In this document: positions 52,120 through 63,098 of the stretch, one piece after another | Layout of the letters: the number at the start of each line of letters is the position of its first letter | Numbering within the stretch: position 1 is the stretch's first letter | Source: Asterias rubens | Taxonomy: Eukaryota | Assembly (NCBI RefSeq): GCF_902459465.1 | Contig: NC_047079.1 | Coordinates: 4,216,001-4,280,000, forward strand | Length of the DNA stretch: 64,000 bases | Direction: 5' to 3' | Notes under the pieces: model-generated | Seen by the model: only the letters and a program-made list of their open reading frames with translations | Databases searched by the model: none | What the model was told of the DNA's origin: nothing | Position numbers and translations under genes: made by a program

Positions 52120-55100
52120 GAAACCAACGGTTCTTTTCAGAACCACCCTAACTCATTATATAGTCGTTACAGGGTGTCACCGCAAACCTTTCTATATCGT
52201 TTTCCCACCATGCAAAGTTTCAAATCCTACTTAACATAAAACTCAGCAATTGATTGATTGCACATTACGCCACTGACCACCATCTTTGATGAAATGTGCA
52301 CGCGTGAAAGGTGACCATTGGCCGAGAGTTGTGCGCAGCGCGTACACTTTTCAATTGGTTTATCATCAAATATGGTGGTTGATGACACGACACCATCCAT
52401 CTATACTAGAAGAGAGCAATTTCCTCAAAGCATGCAGGTATGCAAATTGAGTTAGTGCACATGATTAGCTACAGCGATTAGCCAAAATTAAAAATGCTAT
52501 GTCAGATTTTTTGCCACAAACATTAAAAAATAAAAAATTTTGAGTGAATGGTATTTCAAAGAGTATCACCCGCTCTAACGAAAAAAAGTTAAATTTTTAC
52601 TTTTAATGGTCAGGAACCATGACAAAAATTTAAAATGTTTCTTATAAAACACATAAGAATTGGTCACGTGATTTATTTTCGGGATCCCAACAAAAACTAA
52701 TTTTGAGCACTTTATTTCACTGCTACTAATAGTTGGCGTACTTTTTCAAGCAATGGCTCAAATGAAAGCTTGTAACTTTCTCGACCCCCATCAAAATACC
52801 TATTGAATTTTAAATCAAAATTTTTGGGTCAAATCAGCCAAAAATCTGACATAGCATCTTTAATTGGAAGCATGAAAAAATATTTTAATTGCGAGGTTAA
52901 TGGCGTATCTTAAAGTTCATGATCAATAAGCAAAAGCTTGAATATCTGTTGCAAAGGTTTACCTGAGCTTTGATTAATAAGTTTTTTGATATCCAAAATT
53001 TGAATTTTGTTTTGCAAGCTTTGAAAGCAAAATGATGTAATGGCCACCTATGATGATTAAAGGCAGTGGACACTATTGGTTATTACTCAAAATAATTAGT
53101 AGCATGAAACCTTTCTTGGTAACGAGTAATGGGGAGAGGTTGATGGTATAAAACATTGTGAGAAACAGCTCCCTCTGAAGTGACATAGTTTTCGAGAAAG
53201 AAGTTATTTTCCGCATATTTGATTTTGAGACCTCATATTTAGAACTTGAGGTCTCGAAATCAACCATCTAAGCGCACACAAGTTCGTGTGACAAGGGTGT
53301 TTTTTCTTTCATTATTATCTCGCAAGTTCGATGACCGATTGAGCTCAACTTTTTACAGGTTTGTCATTTTATGCATATGTTGAGATACACCAACTGTGAA
53401 GGCTAGTCTTTGACAATTACCAATAGTGTCCACTGCCTTTAAAGCATACAGCAAGACCGCAAAGCATCTGTAAAAAAAGCCAAGCAGCTACCAACCGCGT
53501 TGAAACCCAGATACTGTAACTTACATCCAAATTTTGTTTAACCTCACGGCCCTTTCGGACAGCTTCTTCTTGTTGTTGTTTATTATTTACCTCCGATTCC
53601 ATCAACTAGTAAACAAGAAAACAAGCTGTGTTAAGTGGTGGGTGCAGCACACTTTGGTCAACTTACATTTTTGAGGCTCAATAATTCCTTGTTGCGACTG
53701 GCCATTTCCTCGTCGTGTTTTTTGTTCTCTCTGAACCTTGAAAACTGGCAATGGGAATGGCGATGAATATATGCATTAATTTAAAAACGAAGATGAATGA
53801 ACATGAAAGAGTAACAAATATAAATGAACAAGCAGGAGTTAGAAATATAAATGAAATAGCCTTTTTGAGGTATGGCGGCATGATAGGAGTGTACTATTTG
53901 GCTTGGGTGTACATATATACAGACAAATTTACCCAAACCTTATTGTGTTGTGTCCGCCATATCTCAAAAAGGCTTATGTGCATTAACTTCAACAAAGATA
54001 AAATCAATATGCAATTGCTAAAACTTGAAATGAAAATGCATTGATTTTTCAATGAAATTGTGCTAATGGGATGATGATACAAATATTCAACCCTCTTTTC
54101 GATAGAGAGAGAGCAAGAGAAACAAAAAATTACCATCTTGTGCAAAAAAAAGAACTATTGACTATAAAATGTAATATAGGATTTGAGGCATTGCATGGTG
54201 AGGTATCAATATATTAATTTGGTTTGTGGTAGCACTATGTGTATCTACTTGCCAGATAGAGTTTGTTCTTAGAGAACTGTCTTGCTTTATTCTACTACCG
54301 CGGAGTAGATAGTTCGGGTGTTCGGGAGACTTCTCAGTTCTGAAAAGACTTTGTATTCCAATTACGGATTATTCACCCTGCATAAACAAAACTCCTCTAG
54401 ATTTTCTGCAATATCTCAAAAACACGACCACCTGTTTAAATGAAATTTTCACAGGTTAATGTTATTGTAAATCTACATTTTACATAGGACTTAAACTATC
54501 TCACGGCTCCATAAACACCAAATGTATACTTTGCCTTTAAAGCTGCGATGTCACAATTTGTCAGATCCAATAAATGAAGTACTTTGTTTAAACACAGTCA
54601 GACAGTCCGAAATGGTTCAATACTATTTCATTTTCAAAGCATTTTGTGGTTTTGTAAACCATCAATTCTTAAAATTATGTTTACCTTAGCTGTCATTGCT
54701 GATAATGAGACCTCCTTCTCTCTCAACTCTCTCTTGACAATCTCTGATTCACCCCTCATCCTACAAATGGTATTGTCCCGATTCGACATGTCCCTCTGTA
54801 GTGTGGTGACTAGACTGTTGGCTGTGGCTTTCTCTTTCTTGGACCGGTCCAAGTCTTGTTTCAGAGAGGTGAGATCTCGATCTTTCTGGACGATGACGCT
54901 GCGTAAGTTTGCTACGTTGTCCATCGGATCTGAACTTTCTGGTCGCATTTTTGTCATCTGTAAGACAAAAAATAATCATCCAAAAGTAAAATAAATACAT
55001 CAGATATGAAAAAAATCAGCCCAAATTTAAAATTCCATAGACCAATCCAACAAAGCAATTTATCTGTAACAAACAAATATAATAATTGCATAAACTTGCA

Positions 55101-58100
55101 TTGACATAAACTTAACAATGTCAAATTATAAACCAAATGGAAAAATGACTGCGTAAGTTTTAAATGATTTGGGATTGAACAAAGAAAAGCTTACTTGAGC
55201 AGGATTTGAACCAAAAACCTTCGGATAAAAGTGCTTGTTCTCTACCAACTGAGCTATCTAACCCCGTATCTGGTGGTCTCCCTATTTTATCAAAACCTTC
55301 GTTCAGGGTGCCAGTCAGAAGTTTTTGTTTACTGCTCATGAATTGTTCTGAAACAGCAAAGACTTAAACTATTGGCATAACTTTAATAATAAACATTGTA
55401 ATTGTTTTTGTATGTTGTTCTTTTACACACACACCTGAAGCGTGTCTCAAAGCACTTCAAACATTATGGGTTGATTTCACAAAGGTAGACAGACCTTAGG
55501 ACTAGTCCTTGAACTCGAGTTATTAAAAACTTAAGGCTAGTCCTAAGTCAGGTAATGGTAACTCGTCCTAACTCCAAGATAATTAGACTAGTCTTAACTC
55601 TTTGTGAATTCTACTCCAGGGGTCGATTTCATAAAGATAGTCCTAACTTAGGATTAGTCCTAGACTCCTAAGGAGTCATTAAAAACTTAAGGCTAGTCCT
55701 AACTTTACTAACTCGTCCTAACTTGAGTTACGACAAGTCTTTGTGAAATCCATCGCAGTTCACTTTCCTACCTGGTCTTTCAGTGCGTTGATCTCAAGCT
55801 GCTTCACGTGAATATCTCCCTCCAGTTCTTTCACCCTCGTGTGCAGGGCGAGAGAGTGACTTGCGTCACCCCCAGCAGTTGGTTTGACCGACCTGCTGAG
55901 GTCGGAGGTCATCGCCTCCATCTCGTCTCGAAGCTGGGCGATCACACCGTCTTTCCGCTGGGATTCCGACTCGAAGACGGCGAGGCGATTGATTTCGTCT
56001 CCCATGCGTAACAAACGCTGCTCCTGAAAAATATTTAAATTGAAAATTCATGAATATTGGGGAAAGTTGCACGTTTGGTGAGTACAGTCTTAAAGCATTA
56101 ACTGTTGAAGGTGAAAATTTGAATTTTGTTTTGTCTCCTTACTTTTTCTTGAAGAGCAATCATCTCGTTGACCGGTGAGGCACGAGTACCAGGACTACCA
56201 GCCACCTGCTGGGATGTGACGACAGTCCTCGCTCCGGCTGAACTGACCCACCCTGTGGTTACTACAGCAGAAAAAGGAAAAATGTAAAAGTTAAATTTGG
56301 GGGGACAAAAAAAGTCAAAACTCAAGGTGTTCCAAATAAAGTCAAGTTTTTCTGTATACATGAGTCTTAAGTAGTTTCTTTAATTGTCCAGATATCAATT
56401 ATAACAGTTGAGTCTTAGTGGTTTGTTCATTTATTGTAATTCTGTGTTTTTTATTTTGTATGTTTTTTTTCATATATTATTAATATTTATTGTTATTATT
56501 GTTTCTAGGTGTTCCTTTTGTGGCTTTAACTTAAATTCTTAACATATTTTTTTTCTAATTATTGTATTTCAAATTCAATTCAGCCTCTGACTCTGACTTT
56601 TGAAATGTTTTTAATAAAAAATAGTAACAAATTCTTATATAGCGCATTTTACAATAACTGTATCAATACACTTTACATTAGTGCCCTGGTCAATGGGCCA
56701 ATAACATTCCTTTAATCTTTCTCAGCTCCCAATAGGGAGTATACAGCCCCGAGCTGCCGTGGTGGTCCGAAGGCTTTTTCATTCACCTCTACCCTCGCAG
56801 GTACCCATTTATACCCCTGGGTGAAGATAAACCAACATTTATTTATTTCACTTGGGATTCAGTCCATTTATACAAACCTCTCCTTGGTGGTCCCGGGCTA
56901 CCCGACGGACTGTTGTTACTGACCATTGCATTTCCCCCACTTCCTCTCCGATTCCCGGCACTAGAGGGCCTCGGCCTTGGAGGTCTCGGGATAACTACAG
57001 TTGCTGTTGGTTGGACAGTTGAGGTCCACGTTGAGGGTTGATTGGTGGAGGGCGGGGCCGTGGATATCATAGGCAGCTGTGATTGGCCGAGACCAGCAGG
57101 GTAGGCGGAGTCAGTGTTATTGGCAAGGTGGGGGAGTTGTTGTTGTTGTTGGGTGGGGCCAGTGACGGGAACGTGGTCGTTGATGACTCTGAGGGGTGTG
57201 CCCCATGCCGGTCGCTGCTGAACAGGTGGGTATGATACCTGAACAGAAGAAAAAATATTAACGATTATTAGGCCCCTATAGCCCCATTTGTCCCTTTTTT
57301 GACCCATAGGACTGAAAATTCAGCCAATTACAGAAATTCCAGTCATAATAAAACAAACTTTGAGTGAGGGGGCCGGCAACCCTGCCTCCTGTATTAAAAC
57401 TTACTGTAACAGGCTATGTCAAAATATGTACTTGCTCGCAAACGTACAGCAAACTATTAATATCTAGTCTGGCAGGCTAGTCAAGAAAAAAAGGTTGCCA
57501 AATACCGTCTTTATAACAAGGCGCCTTTCACGAAATTAACAAAATTTGTTTTCTGTGTCATTACCAAAGTTTGAACCGACTACCATGTGGCCAGCGGACC
57601 ACTATTGAAGGGAGAATTGCCCAAATATTTTGCAACAGATCTAAGTCTTCATTTAGTTTCTCGAGGTTTATTTGTCCATTTCTTACCATTGGAGCATCTT
57701 CAACATCCAGTTCCATTGGAATTCCTGAATATCCAAATCGTATGATATCACCGGGGGCTAACCGGACTGCAGCATTTTGCACACGACAGTCGTTAACGTA
57801 TGTTCCATGAGCGGTGTTGAGATCTTGTAAAACGAAGCAATATTCACTGTCACTATACTCAATAACAGCATGCTGAAGCTCCACTGTTGAAGACTGTAGG
57901 GGAAAATTATGGTATGCATCATTGTTATTGTTATATAGGCCTAAATATCACACAATTTGTATCAATATTGATTTAGCATTACAATATTAAGTTTTGAAGT
58001 TTTATAATTCTAATTTATTGGAGTTGGGATTCACTGGATTGTTTGGTAACAATAGCTTTATGACGAAATTTACAAAACAGGATGAATGTGAACAATTACA

Positions 58101-58587
58101 AAACAATTTGGTTTTAAGAAGACGTACCATAAAATCACTATTTTCAAATTTAATTTTAATTTTAAAAATACCATGCATACTTTCTTTTAAAAAAAAACAC
58201 GGATAAATTTCCGTATTACAAAAAGGGATATATCAATCAGGTAAATTAGATACTATATTATTTTATTTTGAATGAAAAAGTGGTGGCGCCATACGGAAAC
58301 TTTTCCAAAAACACTCTGCAGGGTATCAATGATAGACGGCAATTCTGTGCTGAACACAATGTCTTGGATGCGTGCAAAAAATCTTCATCTGAACCTATAT
58401 AGTTACTAGTCGTTGCCATCCATCACAACACTTACACATACTTGTCATGAATAAAATATTGATTAATTTAAAATTTGTAAAGAAAAATTACCTCTATATT
58501 GATATCACAATTCTCCCTGCCTATAACTGTCACCCCAGGAGAAAGCTGTAGCACTCCTTCTACACTCTTGAAAAATCCTTTCACCAT
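38231..58587 (-). CDS. FHAD1: Forkhead-associated domain-containing protein 1 (N-terminal FHA domain plus long coiled coil), ~1431 aa, 27 coding exons
   Basis: Exons (complement): 58492-58587, 57687-57893, 56878-57238, 56143-56252, 55772-56023, 54685-54957, 53667-53744, 53525-53605, 51379-51483, 50311-50418, 49532-49777, 48983-49181, 48582-48770, 47951-48078, 47254-47343, 46260-46497, 45648-45786, 45251-45517, 44551-44683, 43778-43916, 42416-42645, 41700-41972, 41070-41183, 40557-40643, 39116-39187, 38900-38968, 38231-38242; all phases are compatible (4296 nt). FHA motifs [23 protein letters not shown] and GDIIRFG; blocks [34 protein letters not shown] and [17 protein letters not shown] resemble vertebrate FHAD1 (recalled). 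The last exon is tentative. Confidence 0.85.
39320..39699. mobile_element. MITE family A copy in an FHAD1 intron
   Basis: TIRs and TTAA flanks. Confidence 0.8.
42890..42962 (-). mobile_element. Penelope-type fragment with a degenerate hammerhead
   Basis: Minus strand reads CTC-CTGAAGA-C-GATCA-loop-TGATC-AAAA-CG-TT-GAG (G12 changed to A); same family as 52000-52158. Confidence 0.55.
43425..43663. mobile_element. PIF/Harbinger-like MITE
   Basis: TIR GGCCCAATTTCATAGAGCTGCTAAGC with a CTG TSD. Related copies at about 6426-6650 and 16552-16685 (partial). Confidence 0.75.
44180..44319. mobile_element. Palindromic MITE carrying CTCF-like motifs
   Basis: GGAGACTTTC...GAAAGTCTCC termini, inner arms GGCAGCAGAC.TACCGGGTAAAT.CCATTGTT, and CCAACGCTAGGTGGCAGCA resembling the CTCF core. 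Confidence 0.6.
45868..46060 (+). repeat. SINE-like interspersed repeat (class uncertain)
   Basis: ATATAGCGCATTTTACA...GCCCTGGTCATTGGGCC...GGTACCCATTTATACCCC. Other copies at about 56637-56828 (+) and 60770-61060 (-). Confidence 0.55.
46529..47100. mobile_element. Two abutting MITE family A copies sharing one TTAA (46843-46846)
   Basis: Copy 46529-46842 is internally deleted; the second copy starts at 46847 and is truncated. Confidence 0.75.
50480..50859. mobile_element. MITE family A copy
   Basis: TIRs and TTAA flanks. Confidence 0.8.
52000..52158 (-). mobile_element. Penelope-type non-autonomous fragment with inverted arms and a degenerate hammerhead
   Basis: 43-bp inverted repeat with 1 mismatch (52000-52042 / 52116-52158) enclosing, on the minus strand, CTC-CAGAAGA-T-GATCAG-loop-CTGATC-GAAA-CG-TC-GAG (core U4 changed to A), plus a ~30-nt A tract. 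Confidence 0.6.
52492..52859. mobile_element. TTAA-target MITE, family B, shorter copy in opposite orientation
   Basis: Same TIRs, and internal sequence reverse-complementary to 4411-4936; TTAA flanks. Confidence 0.8.
53061..53438. mobile_element. MITE family A copy
   Basis: Perfect TIRs and TTAA flanks. Confidence 0.88.
55196..55262 (-). repeat. tRNA-derived SINE head
   Basis: Box A TAGCTCAGTTGG and box B GGTTCAAATCC are present, but there is no complete cloverleaf. Similar heads at about 19465, 20545, 20735, 24260, 26385 and 44907. Confidence 0.6.
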
Positions 58588-59378
58588 TTTGTTCGTTCTG
58601 TTGTCCTCTCTTTCAACTGGCTGCACAAATCCAGCCAGGTGCTGTTTTGCACACACAGACCACACACCACACACAAGCCGTAGACAATTTAGTTCACAAT
58701 TTCGGCAACAAAAACCTGTGCATTACCAACGGTTTCCCTGCACAAAAGTCAGCTGGAATTCGTTCAATATAACACTGCATTTTGGCACAAATTCCATCTT
58801 GTCTAGAGTACGGTAAAACTGTTAATTTATGTACAAAAGAAGGAACCGGTGGCCGCATTCACCTGTTTTCAAAGATAATTGAGTGGTATTTTATTCAACA
58901 GGAAAGTGCGCTTGCGCGTGGTTTCCAAGGAACGAGATAACGACGGTAAACAACACAGCGCCCTCTGTTGCTGAGTCCGTTATGGGAAAATAAACATTTT
59001 TTTTTTTAAGAAGATTATTAATTTGTTGTTGGTGTTTCCTTTTGTTTCTTTCTACTACTTGAGCACCCTTTAAACGTTTTAGTTTGTAAAATATGGCCGT
59101 GTGCTAATCACGACCTCAAAAATAAGACAATAAACTGATTATGATTCGAACCAGCAAACTTTTGTTTTATGAATATTCATTAGTTTGAAAGCGTCAAAAT
59201 ATAACCTTTGACACATCGCGGAAGTATTTCGCTCACACACACGTGTCAAGTGTCAAAGTTGTTTTGGGGATTGGAACAGGGCGAAGATTGCTACTCGTTT
59301 CTTCCAGAAAGACCTAGGAATTCGGGTGTTTTTTCCCGGTTGGAGTACTTAATTGCACTGACACATAGACAATTAAAG
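58588..59378. promoter_or_regulatory. Putative bidirectional promoter between FHAD1 and PARK7
   Basis: 791 bp between divergent ATGs. It contains an NRF1-like GTGCGCTTGCGC (about 58906-58917), an X-box-like GTTTCCAAGGAAC (58921-58933), a forkhead site GTAAACAA (58946-58953), a CTCF-like CAGCGCCCTCTGTTG (58956-58970) and an ETS site CGGAAGT (about 59219). Confidence 0.55.
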
Positions 59379-62300
59379 ATGTCTGCATTGCTGATTTTGG
59401 CGAGTGGGGCGGAGGAAATGGAGACGGTGATTCCAGCCGATGTTTTACGGCGAGGAAAAGTAAGTAATAATAAGTAAATAATCACAACTATTTTGGAAAA
59501 GATTTTTTTTTATCTAGCCCACAAAACAACTGTGTTCAATATACCATGAATATTCTAAGCTGTGACTTAATAAAGCCATTGTTCACTTTCTGAACAGAAC
59601 AAAAATTAAAACTTCACAGATTTACAAATAATTTACAGGGTTTACAGAACTTAGAAGGTAATGGTGAAACTGAAAGACTTCCCTTGAAATATTATTCCAT
59701 GAAATGCTTTACCTTTTGAGAAAACATTAAAACAATTATCAATTCTCGATATAAGAGAATAACAGATTTATTTTAAACACATGTCATGACACGGCGAATT
59801 GTGCGGAAACAGGGTGGGTTTTTCCTTTATTTTCTCCCGACTCCGATGACCAATAGAGCCTAAATTTTCACAGGTTTGTTATTTTATATAAGTTGTGATA
59901 CACGATGTGTGGGCCTTTTGACGATATACTGTTTACGTTGTGCGATTGCTTTAACCATGTTTTTTTAACTGTGTTTGTGCCTTAGATTGATGTGACAATA
60001 GCTGGTCTTATGGGAACTGCGCCTGTCACCTGCAGTCGTAATGTTGTCATTGTCCCTGACAAAAGTCTTGAAGAAGCAGAAAAGAAGGTGAGAACATCTT
60101 GAAAATCACTACAATCAGTGCAAAAAATATGGATCTGTCGGAGAACGATTTCATCCAGGACTTTCGTTTTAGCAAAATAGTTTGACCGGAGCAGACTTTG
60201 TGCCCCAAAAAATGCTAAAAATATTGAGTTGCAAATGGTGATTTTTTAGTAGACCCAGTAACTGGGGGGCTTAGACCAAGCTACTGGGGTGCTGTCTCCT
60301 TTAACATTGTCATTATCGGTCGTTCTAGCACGACCCATAATGACAAAATTGCTAAGACAGGAGTACAGCGCCCCAGATACCATGGTTACTGGGTCTAACT
60401 TTTGAGTAGCAATTGAATGTTAGAGGTAGAAAACCCATCGTAGGCCTACTTATGTTCAATCAAGTAAATGCCTTGGTGCCCTTACCGTTTCAATAATGAA
60501 GCATACAGACCTGGTTTCTTATTTGGTGTTTTTAATAACTGATTATTTGTTTTAAAGAGAATATTACTGTTAATCTAAAGTGTTTGTTGGTTTATATTTA
60601 CTGACATGTTCTTGTGGAATTACAGGGTCTGTACGATGTTGTCATTCTTCCTGGTGGAGGCGAAGGGGCAAAGAATCTAGCTGAGGTGAGTTTACTGGGA
60701 CGACGACCCCCTACAGACTGTAAGCTGTATTACAAGTAAGGCCTACCTCATCTGTGAGGGTAGAGGTTGGTATTGTGTATTCAAAAGCCTTTGGAGCCAT
60801 ACGGCAGCCCAGGGCTGTATACTCCCGAAGGAGCTGAGAAAGATTGAAGGAATATTAGTTGCCCAATGACCAGCCGTCGATTTCACAAAACTCTTCCTAA
60901 CTTAGGATTAATCTTATGACTTAGGACGAGTCCCAACCCTGCACTGTAGCATGCAGACCTTAAGATTAATCCTAAGTTAACTCGTCCTAACTCGAGATAA
61001 GACGAGTTCTAACTCTTTGTGAAATCGACGGCAGGGCACTAATGAAATGTGCATTGAGGCGGTTACTGTTTTGCAAATTTAGATAATTATTTGTTCTTCT
61101 TTTTCCCCAAAACTTTATATTACAAGTCATCTAAAGTGGGTGAGATTCTGAGGGCACATGAGTCTGCAGGGAAGATAATTGCTGCTATCTGTGCAGGTAG
61201 GTAGGCCCTATAATTCATTTTATCGAGTAAGCGATGAAATTCTTTATACTCTGCATATTGCTCCCTGTTGGAGTCAGCTCTCATGAGTCAAGGGGAGACT
61301 TGTTTTCAAGTCTAGGTTTTTCCTTGCTTGCATTAACACGATGGCGTGTTGTGTGTGTGGTATTATAGACCTTTTCGCAAATACCGGGGCGCGCGCGTTA
61401 AGCTTGGAATTAGGTGCATTGTGGTCTAGCTGGTATCCAAGTTTGATTCATATCTATCCCACAATGCACCTCATTCAACAGTCTGCGCTTGCGCATTGGT
61501 ATTTGCGATAAGGTCTATGTATACAGGGTAGTGTTGGATACTCAGCAACCAATGGGAGCCGAGCTTACATAACTTTGTGTTGGTTTGGTTTACATGGTTG
61601 GCCAATAAGGATCGGTCTTGCAATTGAGTGGCTGAAAATTTGGCTGGAGCAAGATTGTTGTCACTTTGTCTCACCTTTTTTTGGAGTAACTTACATGCCA
61701 GTCAATCATCATTCCTTTCAATCAATCAATCAATCATTCAATAATCAATCAATCAATTAATGAGATATATGATTAGAGACACTGCAAGGTGAGGTTATCA
61801 AGCACGGCGATGAGGAGTGGAGCGGGGGTTGTGATAGTTGAGTGATAGTGATGAAGAATGTCTTGCGCCAAGACTAGGATTCCACCTGTGCGATTAAACG
61901 GGTTGATCTCACACCCTTCAATCAAATCTCAATTTCTTTTGTTGCATGAAAAATTCATGGACTGAAGCAACCTAATGTCATTTAGTTTCACCATGAATCG
62001 CTCAAAACTGTAAACACTTATTTGTTACCAATGTTTTATCTGCAGCACCCACAGCACTGTTGAGTCATGGCATCGCAAAAGGCAAAATACTCACATCTCA
62101 TCCAGCAGTCAAAGAAAAGATGGAGGCAGATGGTGAGCTATTTCCTTAATTCTTGTAACAAGAGTTGACTAATTTCTACCCTAATTGGATTTCTTCTTTG
62201 GACTAATTTGTCATCAAGACTAATGCTCGAAGTATTAATTCTTTGTAATCGGTGTGATTTGATTTCACTTCTTATCAAAATATTTTAATGATTTAATGTA

Positions 62301-63098
62301 TAATTGTGAAATGCTGACCGTTATCCCCTGAAATAGAAAAAAAATTCAAACAAAATAACATATTTTATTTCAATCCGAAACTATTGTTATATTTATTATT
62401 AAAGGCAGTGGACACTAATGGTAATTGTCAAAGACTAGCCTTCCCACTTGGTGGACTCAACATATGCATCAAATAACAAACCTGTGAAAATTTGAGCTCA
62501 ATAGGTCATCGAAGTTGCGAGATAATGAAAGAAAAAAACACCCTTGTCACACGAAGTTGTGTGCGTTTGGATGGTTGATTTCGAGACCTCAGATTTAGAA
62601 TTTGAGGTCTCGAAATCAACCATCCAAACGCACACAACTTCGTGTGACAAGTTCTAGTAAACTATGAGGTCTCAAAATCAAATTCGTGGAAAATTAATTC
62701 TTTCTCGAAAACTATGGCACTTCAGAGGGTGCCGTTACTCACAATGTTTTATACCATCAACTTCTCCCCATTACTCGTCACCAAAAAAGGTTTTATGCTA
62801 ATAAATATTTTGAGTAATTACCAATAGTGTCCACTGCCTTTATATGAACTTTCACGTCTTGTGTTTGACCATATTTCACTTTTTGGCAAAACATATTTTT
62901 TTCTCATTCTTGCTGATTCTTCCTCTTCCCAAACCAGGAACTTATAAATACTCCGAGGACAGTGTCGTTAAGGATGGCACACTGATTACCAGCCGCGGGC
63001 CAGGTACCGCTTTCAATTTCGCCCTGGCACTGGTCGAGGCACTGAAAGGGAAGGAGGTAGCGGAGAGCTTGGTGTCACCGATGATACTCAAAGTATAA
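59379..63098 (+). CDS. PARK7: Protein DJ-1 / Parkinson disease protein 7 homolog, 186 aa
   Basis: Exons 59379-59459, 59986-60087, 60626-60685, 61127-61196, 62046-62132, 62938-63098 total 561 nt. Motifs [16 protein letters not shown] (Glu18 equivalent), [17 protein letters not shown] (Cys106 equivalent), TSHP and ITSRGPGT. Confidence 0.95.
59574..59950. mobile_element. TTAA-target MITE, family C, PARK7 intron 1
   Basis: Reverse-complement homology to 28724-29055. Confidence 0.75.
60874..61031. mobile_element. PIF/Harbinger-like MITE nested in a SINE-like repeat
   Basis: 16-bp perfect TIR CCGTCGATTTCACAAA with a CAG TSD. Relatives at about 44340-44490 and 55468-55755 (two tandem copies). Confidence 0.8.
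62403..62839. mobile_element. MITE family A copy with an internal inverted duplication, PARK7 intron 5
   Basis: TIRs intact; about 60 bp longer than other copies because of a perfect 49-bp-arm palindrome at 62543-62651. Confidence 0.85.

Noticed and set aside
52031-52234. Lysine-rich ORF
   Set aside because: It derives from the A tract inside a Penelope-type inverted repeat.
44905-55262. tRNA genes at box A / box B sequences
   Set aside because: They lack acceptor and anticodon stems, so they were treated as tRNA-derived SINE heads.
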